From NCBI GenBank assembly GCA_051294375.1, contig CM119270.1, positions 21,233,775-21,297,774 of the forward strand: a DNA stretch of 64,000 nucleotides, given 5' to 3'. Source of the stretch: Paraspadella gotoi. Its lineage: Eukaryota > Animalia > Chaetognatha. How positions within the stretch are numbered: position 1 is the first letter of the stretch; each line of letters opens with the position of its first letter. Positions 1-15,841 of the stretch are shown piece after piece. Position numbers and translations under genes: made by a program. The notes beneath the pieces were generated by a model that was not told the origin of the DNA, ran no database searches, and worked only from the letters and a program-made list of their open reading frames with translations.

Positions 1-1630
1 TTATAATCTCAGTTTATTGAAAGCACTTTCTAATTAGAGTCTGCAGTGAACTGCTCGTAAAAAAATTCCACAGAATTTGGAGAGCCATAAAAAAATCACG
101 AAGACCTCCCTTCGTTTAAGGTTCAAGTCGGTTATCTTTACAAAATCACAACCTTCACTAATCTTATCTCGGTGTAATCAGTCGAATCTGGGGTCGATTA
201 TCTTTAATCTTCGAAGAACCTTATTTGCATTAACTTTATCGAATTTACTGCTGCAGTGGGTTCATTCCGTTATGACTCTTTTGTTTAATTCATTGAAATA
301 ACAAATATTTTAACCGATTAAAATAAAACGCTAATTTTAACCGTTTCTGAGCTATAAAGACTAACTTAATACCAAAAATTGGCAATTCAAGCATCGTGAA
401 TTAAACTTTAAGCGTTAAAGTGTCCACGATATTAAGAATACAAGGTCGCATTGTAAAGCCGAGGATTGGTTAAAAAATTTCTAATGTAATCATTTTCAGT
501 GGGGGACAATCAAACCGGGGACACCAATATTTCGGCATGTATAGTATAAAATAAACGACGTAATTAATTAACATTTCCGTAACCGTGATCAAACCTTTCC
601 GAGGAACTGTTAAAGAAATTGCATAGAGATTCCAATATATCTCCCCCAAAAATGGTCAATAATATTAATCTTACTAAATAACCAGAATTTACTCCGGAAG
701 GCGTCCTCGTAAGTGGGAAACGCGGGACAACCTTCCAATGAGAGCATTTTGTTCAAATTTGGTCACAAACTACAATAATTTCCAGCGCGGGTTAATTGAC
801 GTAAAATATCCAACCTGCGGAAAAAGGAAACAGAGATTGCGCGAACAGAATCTTTAGCATCACATGATTACAAAACATCTAAAAATGATCCAAAAAGTTG
901 GAAATTACAATTAACATAAGTTTTAACTTTTATAATAAGAAGACTAGTTCGTTGTGTTGCGGTTTTCTGATTTGAGGAAATTTAAAAAAAGACCAAAAGA
1001 ATAAGGATAGAATAAAAAAGAATGGAGACGCCGCAATCACTCGTTTATTATTCAACCAGGAGTTTTTTGGCTTCGTTTTGACAGTCAAATATTGTCATCT
1101 GTTCGTCGTCTGTCGCCATCTCGAGAGTCAAAGAGAAAACTAAAGAAAAAAGGATTTTTGAGAAGAAAAACAACAAAGGGGCAACTCCAGTTGTCTAATT
1201 CATTAATGGATGATCTTTATAAATTAATGCTTAGGACAATGGTTAGTGCGATAAATCATAATATCGAATTAACTCTGAAAACTAGAGCTAAATTCCGAGC
1301 GGTTGAAACCTCGCAATGCCTTAAAAACGAAAGTTTAACAATAAATATGATTATTTCAATACGCTTTAATACCTTAAATTGTGAAACTTTTTAACCATTT
1401 TAAAATTCTCACCCTGTTTTGCTTATTTTAAACAATATGTAAAAAAAATATAATCATTTGAAAAGAATACGGATTTAAGCTTTATTTAAAGGTTTTAACT
1501 ATAATTAGCAATGAATCGCCAAAAAATGAATTATCTGAATTTATCAAGATATCAATTATCAAATATCAAATATCAAAAATCAATATCTACATGTGTTCCT
1601 AATTATTGATACAGTTTTCAAGCTATCCAT
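1..1630 (-). repeat. Inverted copy of 10284-11795 (probably continues beyond the window start)
   Basis: 1-120 (ttataatctcagtttattgaaagcactttc...cttcgtttaagg) is the reverse complement of ~11690-11795, and 1590-1630 (gtgttcctaattattgatacagttttcaagctatccat) is the reverse complement of ~10284-10320. The differences are mostly single-base indels. Confidence 0.9.
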
Positions 1631-2198
1631 TCCATTAAAAAGCCGCTTTAGTTAATATTTCTCTTCCACAACTAAATTTCCTATTTATTATCACTATATC
1701 CACGATTTAATTGGTAAAAAAAAAAACATTTTACAACATTTTAGATTCAAAAATAACTTTATACGCAAACTGATAACATCAATTCATTATCATTGTATTA
1801 TTAATTAGTGGGACAGTCTTGATTGAAAAGCTTGCAGGGACTGCTTTTTATTGCCTACTAGTAAGTGGGACGAGAGCCATGGGGCAACTTACCTTATTTG
1901 TTGAACGAATGGAATGATTGGTGGCTTCAATTTCATAAAGGACAGAATACCACTTCAAAAGGATAACTCCATCCCCACGAAGGACCGATATGAAACTGAA
2001 TGGAATTTATTTCTAATTGCTACTCTGTTCTCTTGTAATTTTAGAGACTCTGTCTCTAGAATTCTATGACTCTAATCTCTAGAATTCTTTTGGGAACGGT
2101 CGACGCCGTCGCCGATGCGTAAATTCTCAACTCCTTAAGCGCTAACCTTTCAAAATATCGATAAAAGATTTTTAATTGAATCCAGTTCAATTAAGCGG

Positions 2199-2237
<39 letters not shown>

Positions 2238-3503
2238 CTCTCTCTCTCTCTCTCTCTTCTCTCTTCTCTCTCTCTTTCTCTCCTTCTCTCTCTCTCTCTC
2301 TCTCCTCCTCAACTCACCTCGCTGCTCGGCTCTTGATGTTCGTAATTAAGGGGCGTATATTAAGGTTTCACACCAAATGACCGTCGAAGCCGGATCGGTG
2401 TGATGATGATAGATGAATGATGATGTGATGATATGATGATGATGATGTGATGATATGATGATTGATGATGAATGATGATGATGATCACGATGATGATTTG
2501 ATGTCAATGATGATGATGATAATAATGATGAAGAAGCTTCACGCTTTCTTCATCGATGACAGAAGTGACCCCGAATGAAATTTGCAGTCACGTCACTAAA
2601 AAGTATTGCGTGAATGTGTGACTAATTAACTTCGGGATTAAGAACAGGCGTTAAAAACAGATTTGGCTCATACATTGTGTATGAATAATTTGAAAATGTC
2701 TTATAACGGTTAAGAAAATTAAATTGTTGTTTACTTTTTCATTAAGAAGTTTTTTTAAAAATGTCCATCTGCGACTTGATAAAGTCGCTACTAAGATAAA
2801 CGAAAAATTATAATATTTTTTTTTGGAGTAGAATATTTTGAGATGACTTATGTCATTCGATGTAATCAAAATGACAGATGGTTACACTAATGGTTAATAA
2901 ACCAGATAATTAATTATATCAAACCCAGGGCAGCGATTCGACCCGGAGGGAATTACGGCTAAGATTGATTTTTATACGAGTTTAAATTTAATTAAGGGTA
3001 TTATGTACAATATGGGAATTGGTTTTCTAAAATTTCTCTATGTATTATTGAGAGTAATTTCAGAATGGCTGCAATGTATGTGCTTAATGCTATGATACCA
3101 ACATATTTAAACTCACTTTATCAAGTTTCTCGTATCAATTTTTTTTTATGATAACTGTTATCAAAAATTAGTTGTTAGGTTATGGGTTACCCTTAAAATT
3201 TTTAACCATTTCCCTCAACTTTTTTAAAGTCAATTTTTAGACAGTGAACGTAATTGATACGCGTTTTGATCAAGCAATCTCAAGCTTGCTAAAGCTTTCC
3301 CTGAGCTTGCTAAAGCTTTCGCCAAGCTTACATCTCCAAGGCGAGAAAAAGACGGACGACGAAAAATTAGATTTTCAAAAGTTTTTTTTTTCGTCCGTCA
3401 CCGAATCCGCCCTCTACGTTACCCAATTAGCCAACTGGAATAATTTTTAAACATTACTTCATTAGTATTTGTTAAGTTGAACTCGGAATCACTGATCGTG
3501 TTC

Positions 3504-3575
<72 letters not shown>

Positions 3576-3750
3576 TGTTCACCGTTGAGGCCTTACTTTT
3601 AGTTTAATGAATGTTAATGCTAGATTTTTTTCCCGCCTTTTAATTTGGTATTTATTATAGTTTAATTTCGCATTTTTAGACGAAATGAATTTTTTATTTT
3701 GTTAGTTTTTTGCATCTGTCACTCANNNNNNNNNNNNNNNNNNNNNNNNN

Positions 3751-3785
<35 letters not shown>

Positions 3786-4777
3786 GATCAGTGATTCCGA
3801 GTTCAACTTAACAATACTAATGAGTAATGTTTAAAAATATTCCAGTTGGCTAATTGGGTAACGTAGGAGGGCGGATCGGTGACGGACGAAAAAAAAAACT
3901 TTGAAAATCTAATTTTTCGTCGTCGTCTTTTTCTCGCCTTGGAGATGTAAGCTTTGGGAAAGCTTTAGCAAGCTCAGGGAAAGCTTTAGCAAGCTTGAGA
4001 TTGCTTGATCAAAACGCGTATCAATTACGTTTTCATGTCTAAAAATTGACTTTAAAAAGTTGAGGGGAAATGTTAGAAAATTTAAGGTAACCCATACCTA
4101 ACAACTAATTTTTATAACAGTTATCATAAAAAAAATGATACGAGAAACTTGATAAAGTGGTTTCAAATATGTTGGTATCATAAGCATTAAGCAACATGAC
4201 ATTGCACCATTCTGAATTTACTCTCAATGACATAATGAAATTTTAGAAACCAATTCCATTTGTACATATACCTTAATAAATTTAAACTCGTATGAAAAAT
4301 CAATCTTAGCCGTAATTCCCTGCCGGGTCGAATCGCTGCGCCTGGGTTTGAATATTAATTAATGTCTGGTTATTAACCATTAGTGTAACCATCTGTCATT
4401 TTGATTACATCGTGAATGACATAAGTCATCCTCAAAATATTCTACTCCACAAAAAAAATATCTAATTTTTCGTTTATCTTTAGTAGCGACTTTATCAAGT
4501 CGAGATGGACATTTTTAAAAAACTCTTTAATGAAAGTATAAAAACAATTTAATTTCTTAACCGTTATAAGACATTTTCAAACATTTTCATACACAATGTA
4601 TGAAGCCAAATCTGTTTTAACGCTGTTCTTAATCCCCGAAGTTAATATCACACATTCACGCAATTACTTTTTAGTGACGTGACTGCAAATTTCATTCGGG
4701 TCACTCTGTCATCGATAGAAGCGTGAAGCTTCTTCATCATTATTATCATCATCATCATTGACATCATCATCATCGTG

Positions 4778-4811
<34 letters not shown>

Positions 4812-4942
4812 CTCATCATTCATCATCATCACACCCGATCCGGCTTCGACGGTCATTTGGTGTGAAACCTTAATTACGCCCCTAATTACGACATCAAGAG
4901 CGAGCAGCCGATGAGTTGAGTGAAGGGAGAGAGAGAGAGAGA

Positions 4943-5035
<93 letters not shown>

Positions 5036-5838
5036 CTCCGCTTAATTGAACTGGATTCAATTAAAATCTTTTTATCGATATTTTGAAAGGTTTAGCGCTT
5101 AAGGAGTGAGAATTTACGGCATCGCGACGCGTCGACCGTTCCCAAAAGAATTCTAGAGATAGAGTCATAGAATTCTAGAGACAGAGTCTTAAAATTACAG
5201 AGACAGAGCAATTAGAAATAAAATTCCATTCAGTTTCATATCGGTCTTCGTGGGAGTGGAGTTCATTAAAAAGCCGCTTATAGTTAATATTTCTCTTCCA
5301 CAACTAATTTCCTATTTATTACTCCTTATCCACGATTAATTGGTAAAAAAAAAAAAAACATTTTACCAACATTTACGATTCAAAAATAACTTTATACGCA
5401 AACTGATAACATCAATTTCATTATCATTGTATTATTAATTAGTGGGACAGTCTTGATTGAAAAGCTTGCCAGGGCTGCTTTTTTATTGCCTACTAGTAAG
5501 TGGGACGTGAGCCATGGGGCAACTTACCTTATTTGTTGAACGAATGGATGATTGGTGGCTTCAATTTCATAAAGGACAGAATACCACTTCTAAATGATAA
5601 CTCCACTCCCACGAAGACCGATATGAAACTGAATGGAATTTATTTCTAATTGCTCCTGTCTCTTGTAATCTTTAGAGACTCTGTCCTCTAAGAATTCCTA
5701 ATGACTCTAATCTCTAGATTCTTTTTGGGGAACGGTCGACGCCGTCGGATGCCGTAAATTCTCAACTCCTTAATGCGCTAAACCTTTCAAAATATCGATA
5801 AAAAGATTTTTTAATTGAATCCAGTTCAAGTTAAGCGG

Positions 5839-5922
<84 letters not shown>

Positions 5923-7131
5923 CCTTCTCTCTTCTCTCTCTCTCTCCTCTCAACTCAATCATCGCTCTCGCTCTTGATGTCGTAATTAGGGGCGTAATTA
6001 AGGTTTCACACCAAATGACCGTCGAAGCCGGAATCGGTGTGATGATGATGATGAATGATGATGTATGATTGATGATGATGATATGATGAATGATGATTGA
6101 TGATGAATGATGATGATGATCACGATGAGTGATTTGATGTCAATGATGATGATGATAATAATGATGAGAAGCTTCACGTTCTTATCGATGACAGAAGTGA
6201 CCCGAATGAAATTGCAGTCACGTCACTAAAAGTATTGCGTGAATGTGTGATAATTAACTTCGCGGATTAAGAACAGCGTTAAAAACAGATTTGCTTCATA
6301 CATTGTGTATGAATAATGTTGAAAATGTCTTATAACGGTTAAGAAAATTAAATTGTTGTTTACTTTTTCATTAAAGAAGTTTTTTTACAAAATGTCCATC
6401 TCGACTTGATAAAAGTCGCTACTAAGATAAACGAAAAATTAATATTTTTTTTGTGGAGTAGAATATTTTGAGATGACTGTATGTCATCTCGATGTAATCA
6501 AATGACAGATGGTTACACTAATGTTAATTAACCAGATATTAATTAATATTCAAACCCAGGGCAGCGATTCGACCCGGAGGGAATTACTCGCTAAGATGAT
6601 TTTTATACGAGTTTAAATTTAATAAGGGTATATGTACAATATGGAATTGGTTTTCTAAAATTTCTCATATGTATATTGAGAGTAAATTTCAGAATGGCTG
6701 CAATGTCATGTCGCTTAATGCTAATGATACCAACATATTTGAAACACTTTATCAAGTTTTCTCGTATCAAATTTTTTTTTATGATAACTGTTATAAAAAT
6801 TAGTTGTTAGGTTATGGGTTACCCTTAAAATTTTTTACCATTCCCTCAACTTTTTTAAAGTCATTTTAGACATGAACGTAATTGATACGCGTTTTGATCA
6901 AGCAATCTCAAGCTGCTAAAGCTTTCCTGAGCTTGCTAAAGCTTTCCCAAGCTTACATCTCCAAGGCGAGAAAAAAGACGACGACGAAAAATTAGATTTT
7001 CAAAGTTTTTTTTTTCGTCGTCACCGAATCCGCCTCTACGTTACCCAATTAGCCAACTGGAATATTTTAAACATTACTTCATTAGTATTTTAAGTTGAAC
7101 TCGGAATCACTGACGTGTTCTTCTCTCTCTC

Positions 7132-7172
<41 letters not shown>

Positions 7173-7339
7173 CCTCTTCTCTCTCTCTCTCTTTGTCACC
7201 GTTGAGGCCTTACTTTTAGTTTTAATGATGTTAATGCTGATGTTTTTTCCCGCCTTTTAATTTGGTATTTATTATAGTTTATTTCGCATTTTTAGACTGA
7301 AATGAATTTTTTATTTTTTGTTTTTTGCATCTTCACTCA
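1631..7339. repeat. Direct-inverted-direct triplication of a ~2.1 kb segment (1631-3725, inverted 3751-5262, 5263-7339), likely an assembly artefact
   Basis: Both direct copies start at cattaaaaagccgc and end at gcatc(t)g/ttcactca. The middle copy is the reverse complement of ~1965-3540. A 25-N gap lies at 3726-3750 and the copies differ by scattered indels. Confidence 0.85.
3726..3750. other. Assembly gap (25 N)
   Basis: Run of 25 N. Confidence 1.
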
Positions 7340-10029
7340 CTCTCTCTTCTCTCTCTCTCTCTCTCTGCTCTCTCCTCTCCTCCATCTCTTCTCTCTGATT
7401 TTCCTTAATCCCTTTTCAACCTCCATTAATACAATAAAAAAATCAGTATATAACTCGCAAGTTATTAAAAGTCCTTCTTTTTTTTTCATACTCCGCAGTG
7501 AAGCTGAGATTTATTGGCTTCTAAGCGCGGCGGCTTCTCTCTTCCAAGGCGAGATAAGAATAAAGATGAATGACAATAATTAGCCAAGAAAAAATTTCGT
7601 TTCTCCTCTGATGTCGTCGTCGTCGTCGTCGTCGTCGGTCGTCGTCCACTGCTAAATCTCGAAAGAGATTTTTTTCCTCTCTCACCGTTTCCTGGGAATA
7701 ATCTTGGCTATAAATCTTGCCATAAATTGGGTTGGAGGACTTTATGAAAGCGAGGCGTTGGAGAAAAAAAATAATTCGTTCGTTTCGTCCGTTTGTATTT
7801 TTGTATTTTTGTGTATTTATAATTAATGATTTAGTTAATCAATGTTTTATTTTAGATTTGTTTAATCTATTGTTTTAGTTTAGATTGCTAAGAAGACTTA
7901 CAAGTTTAACTAGAACATGTACCAGTTTATTTTAATATTGACAAATTTAAAAAAAAAAAGGGTCAGTTAGATTTTCACTGATGAGTCCATGTTTTGAAGA
8001 GAGAATATTATACAAAAATATTATACAGCACTCTCATTGATAGGGAAGTAAATAAACTAGAATATGAGCGAGTCTTTTGGAATTAACCCACTATTGCCTT
8101 TCAATGTCATAAGGCAAGATAGGTAATTTAATACATTTTTATATTGGGTTTGTATTGGGTTTTACTAATTAAATTTTTAAGGTGCGAACAGACTTAGTTT
8201 TTTGCCAACTTGTAATTTTGTTTTTCTGTCGCTAACTTTTTATCACTTTACATCTTGCTAGCAATTGCTCTTTTTTTCCTCAATTTGTTATAATTTTATT
8301 TACTTTTTGTTTATAAAGTTTTCCCTTTTGTTCAACCGACTTTGCTGCCACCAACGGCGAACGTTATCACTTCCGCGTTTTTCAACTTATTTCTTCTTTT
8401 CTCTTCCTTCTTCCTGCTCTCCTGCAAATATATTTTTTCTTCCTCTTCTTCCTCTTCCTCTTTTCCGCATTTATTTCTGTATTTTTTTTGCTATTTCTTA
8501 ATTTTGTTTTATCTTTATTAAGAACAATATTCGAATATTTAATGGAAAACTGAAAAGAATTAGAAGATTGAAATATACTACGCAATTGCGGTTTTTCTTT
8601 CTATCTTTCTCTTTTTTCTCTTTCTTCTCTTTCTCTCTTTTCTCTCGCTCTTTCAGTCTTCTCATCTCTCTATATTTTTAAAACTCAAACTACTTTACAG
8701 CAAATACTCTCTTGATTCAGAATAATAATAATAATTATAATAAATGTCTAATTTGAACTATATCCAAAATAAAACAAAGAAGCAAGAGAATAGATTATAA
8801 AACGTAAAGTTTGAAAGATTAATTCTCATTTTTTTTAAGAGAGAATGAAAAAAAAGAAGAAAAAGGCGAAAATTTCGGCGCCAAAGTTTTTGATGGTTTT
8901 CCGGTCTTGGGAAAAAACTTTTTAACGACTCAACGCAACAAGAAATCGTTCGCGAAAAGACGCTCTCTCTCTCCTCTCGCTCTCTCCCTCTCTCTCCCCT
9001 ATTTCTCTCTCTCTCTCTATCTCTCTCTCTCTCTGCTCCTCTCTCTCATTCTCTCTCTCTCTCTCCACCTTTAAATGAGAATTATAATGATGAAGGAGAA
9101 AAAAAAATGAGGAAATTAAAAGATAAAATTCGGCGGAAACCGCGAAACTTCAAAAGCAATAATCGAAAACCTGACGACCAGCCTGTGTCGGGGGAGAGTG
9201 AGAAGAGAGAGAGAGAGAGAGAGAGAGAAGAGAGAGAGAGAAGATAAACAGCAAGAAGAGGAAAGGGAGAAAAGATAGAGAGAGTGAAAGGAAGAAAAAA
9301 TAAAGATAGAAACAGAAAGAGCATGAAATTTTTTGTTTCTTAAAGAATAAGAGAAACCAGATAGAGGAGGGAGTGTTTTTTAAACCCCCCTTCCCCTTTT
9401 CTTGATGATCATCGAAATTTCCTCCCACTGTTTTTTTTTATCGCTTAATTCCTCCTCCTCCTTCTCTCTTCTCCTCTACCCTAGTTCCTCTCTTCCTCCC
9501 TCCTCCTCCTCTTCTTCTTCTTCCTCCTGTCCTCCTCTAATCATCAACCGTCTATTTCTAATTGTCATTTTCCTTTCTCTCCTTCTTTTTATCCTCTCTT
9601 TTTATTCTGCTCTCTCCCTGACTTTGGAGGCAAGAGATTCTCTAAGACCCTCCCACCGCCGACGACGACGAACGACGAATCGACGACGACGACGAACGAC
9701 GACGAGACCGACGAACGACGACGACGACGACGAACGAACCGAACAATGAATTCCTTGTTCCAAGAGTTTTCCTTTTTTTTTCTCACCCATGAATTTTTCC
9801 AATCGGAAGAATAAGGGATAGTAAAATTTTTGTGTCGCACATGAATGTAAAGAGAAAACAAAGGCAAGACACCTCTCTCTCTCTCTCTCTCGTCTTCCTC
9901 TCTCTCTCCTCTCTCTCTCTCTCTTCTCTCATCTCTCTCCCTCTCTCTCTCTCCTCTCTTCCTTTCTCGGCGGCGCCGATCGGGAACGACGAGCGGGATG
10001 AAGATGGAGAGAGAGAAAGAGAGAGAGAG

Positions 10030-10085
<56 letters not shown>

Positions 10086-10258
10086 GAGAGGGCCTCTGTC
10101 AAATGAAAATGCAAGAGCGGGTGGAGGAAATCCATTCACTCACGCGTGTCAACGAGGAAGAAGCGAATAAAAAAAAAAGATAAAAAAAACATAAACATAA
10201 CAAAATGTAACAACATAGACAAGTAAAACACAACATAATAAAAACAACATCTTCTCGC

Positions 10259-10283
10259 NNNNNNNNNNNNNNNNNNNNNNNNN
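10259..10283. other. Assembly gap (25 N)
   Basis: Run of 25 N. Confidence 1.
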
Positions 10284-11835
10284 GATGGATAGCTTGAAAA
10301 CTGTATCAATAATAGGAACACATAGTGATGAATATTTGATATTTGATATTTGATATTTGATATTTGATATTTGATAAATTCAGATAATCATTTTTTAGCG
10401 TTATTGCTAATTATAGTTAAAACTTTAAATAAAGCTTAAATCCTATTTCTTTTCAAATGATAATTTTTTTTACATAGTTTGAAATAAGCAAACAGAGTTA
10501 GAATTTATAAATGGTTAAAAGTTTCACAATTAAGGTATTAAGCAGTTTGAAAATAATCATTTATTGTTAAACTTTCGTTTTAAGGCATTGGAGGTTTCAA
10601 CCGCTCGGAATTTTAGCTTAGTTTCAGAGTTAATTCGATTATTACTGATTTATCGCACTAACCATTGTCCTAGCATTAATTTATAAAGATCATCCATTAT
10701 TGAATTTGACAACTGGAGTTGCCCTTTGTTTTTCTCTCAAAATCCTTTATTTCTTTTAGTTTCTCTTTGACTCTCGAGATGGCGACGACGAACAGATGAC
10801 AATATTGACTCAAACGAAGCCAAAAACTCTGGTGAATAATAAACGAGTGATGGGCGTCTCCATTCTTTTTATTCTACCTTATCTCTTTGTCTTTTTTTAA
10901 TTCCTCAATCAGAAAACCGCAACACAACGAACTAGTCTTCTTATTTAAACAGGTTAAAACTTATGTTAATTGTAATTCCAACTTTTGGATCATTTTTAGA
11001 TTTTTGTAATCATGTGATGCTAAAATCTGTTGCGCAATCTCTGTTCTTTTTCCGCAGGTGGAATTTTACGTAATTAACCCGCGCTGGAATTATTGTTGTG
11101 ACCAAATTTGACAAAATGCTCTCTTGAAGTTGTTCCCCGTTTCCACTTACGACGCCTTCTCGAGTAAATCTGGTTAATTTAGTAAGATTTAATCATTATT
11201 GACATTTTTGGGGAGATATATTGATCTATTGCAATTCTAGTTCCTCGGAAAGGGTTATGATCAGGTTAGGAATTTAATTACTCGTTTATTTTATACTTAA
11301 CTGCCGAAAATATCCCCCTGAAAATATTACATTGAAATTTTACCATATGCCCGGCTTACATGTGACCTTGTATTCTTAAAATCTCGGCTTTAACCTTAAA
11401 AAAGTTTATTCACGATGTTGAATTGCCAATTTTGGTATTAAGTTAGTCTTTATAGCTAGAAACGGTTAAAATTTAGCGTTTATTTTAATCCGGTTTAAAA
11501 TATTTGTTATTTCATGAATTAAACAAAAGTCAATAACGAATGACCCAAACATGCAGCAGTAATTTCGATAATAGTTAATGCAAATAATGGTTCTTCGAAG
11601 ATTAAAGATATCACCGCAGATTCGACTGATTCACCGAGATAAGATTGTGAGGTTGTGATTTGTGAAGATAACCGACTTGAACCTTAAACGAAGGGAGGTC
11701 TCGTGATTTTTTTATGGCTCCAATTCTGTGCGAATTTTTTACGAGCAGTCACTGCACTCTTAATTAGAAAGTGCTTCAAATAAACTGAGATATAACCATT
11801 TAAATTCGCTTCATTAAAGTAATAAAAGATTCTTA

Positions 11836-11979
11836 GGATAAATTTTACTTTCGCCGACTGCGGTTTTGGCGTCTTTTGAAAAACCATTTAAAAATATATA
11901 TTTTTTTTTTAAAAATTACCTAATAACCCTCACCACCCTTAACCCTAACCTCTCAGGTCGGCGAAAGTAAAAGTAACCC
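11836..11979. mobile_element. MITE with 23-bp TIRs and 8-bp TSD
   Basis: Left TIR GGATAAATTTTACTTTCGCCGAC; the right end reverse-complements to GGGTTACTTTTACTTTCGCCGAC. A perfect direct repeat GATTCTTA flanks it at 11828-11835 and 11980-11987. The interior has degenerate (CCCTAA)-like repeats. Confidence 0.85.
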
Positions 11980-12035
11980 GATTCTTAGATATAAAATATT
12001 TACAATTTCATCTTTTAGATTTCAATTAACACAAG

Positions 12036-14185
<2,150 letters not shown>

Positions 14186-15841
14186 TGTGGATTGGGGCTG
14201 GGGCTGGAGGAGGTGGAGATGCTGGGGTTGAGGTAGTTGGTGACACAGAGCTGAGCTGGTCAAAAGTCAGGGCCGCGTATTTTCAAGAGATTTATTTTTA
14301 TTTTTAAACAACCCGCAGTAATTCTTTTTTTTTTTCAATATAACAAATATTTAATTACAAAAAGTTTTTTTATTTTTCAAATGTTTATCTTCAAATTTTG
14401 TCTCTTTTATTTACCCCCCCCCTATTTCGCCTTGAGCGGTGAGAAAATAAACAGCTCGGTCAAATCAAAAGACGTGAATTTGTAATGTGACAATCCGAGA
14501 GAGTGAGAGAGAGAGAATGGGATCGTGAAAGATGACCCCTTTTGTGAAACCCGAGGCGAAAAAATGAAAAGCGAAGTCCCTTCAATTCAGTCACACTTAA
14601 AACTTTTTCCCGCTGCCGGTTTAGTTTCTTATTCATTATTAATTTTTTTTTAAATTGAACGTAATTTCGGCTCAACTGTTCCTTTTTTATTAACAAACGT
14701 TACTCCGTGTTAATGGTACGAGCCTTCTTATCGACACGTCGCTAATTTGCACTGAGGAAGGTTCAGTGAAAATGACGGATCCTCTTTTATTTAAGCGACT
14801 TCCAATTAAACAAGTTCTCGCTGTAATTTGTTTACAAATTGCCATGTCACAATTTTGTTATTGCGTAAACGAAAAAAAAAGTGGGGTGGATAAGAATTTG
14901 ATTTCAATATGTCGTCTAGGTTTAAATTATTAGTTTTCTTAACGAGTTTGTATTATTAACAAATTCCTGTTCTGTTCGTAACATCGGTTCAGGGGATAGA
15001 TTAGAGTTCGCTTGTAAACTGTTTCGTAAAAAAAATTTATAATAATCATAATATATTTTATATATCGTATCGCTATTTAAAAAATCGTTTTTTAAAAAAA
15101 ATATCACATTGACAAGTGTAACAAACTAGACTTGTTCATGAATATAAATTTCATTGGTTTCGTTCGCTTTCCGACAGCCAGTCAGTTGTAGGGTATTCTT
15201 TCTGGCTTTAACGAGTTTATCTTTCGTTTGTTTGTATACAATTCCACGTTCGATTTGTTTCTCTAAATTTTTATATTATTACCCCAATGAAAGATATTCA
15301 TGTACAGTGTTATATATTGTTAAATATATGGTTCACTTCGAGATCAAAAATTCCCCGTATTGAAAATTCCGAAAAAGGCCGAGTTAAACAGGATGTAAAG
15401 ATTTTTTAAATAATAGTTGGCTGTTGTGAAATTTGCTAGAAGCTGTTCCAAATCTTAACTTACGTGTTCACTATTTACCAACAAACTGCTCTTTAAATAA
15501 TTTGCTTATTTATCATTAAGAAAAATGTAAAAAAAATAGGTCGCCGAGAATGGATAAATGGAGAACATGAACTTAATCGATTTATTAAAATTATAAAAGC
15601 GAATGCAATCGAATTGGCTAATTGTTCTATCAACAATTAATTTGCCTTTCATTTTTATAGCTGGCGAGATAAAAAAAACTTTGGTTTACAATTGTGAACA
15701 AAATGCTAATGAAAGAAATCCATATAACTATAAAGTATAAAACAATTTTTGCTACCGGCGTTTCAACGGAGGGAGTAAAATGATTACTTAGCGAGAAGTA
15801 CTATTTTTTTAAAGAAATCGACTTTCGTTCATTTATATATA

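Noticed and set aside
9082-10183. Many overlapping ORFs (SLSL/ERER/poly-R/poly-D)
   Set aside because: They are translations of (GA)n and (GAC)n microsatellites with no domain or splice support. The same applies to similar ORFs throughout the window.
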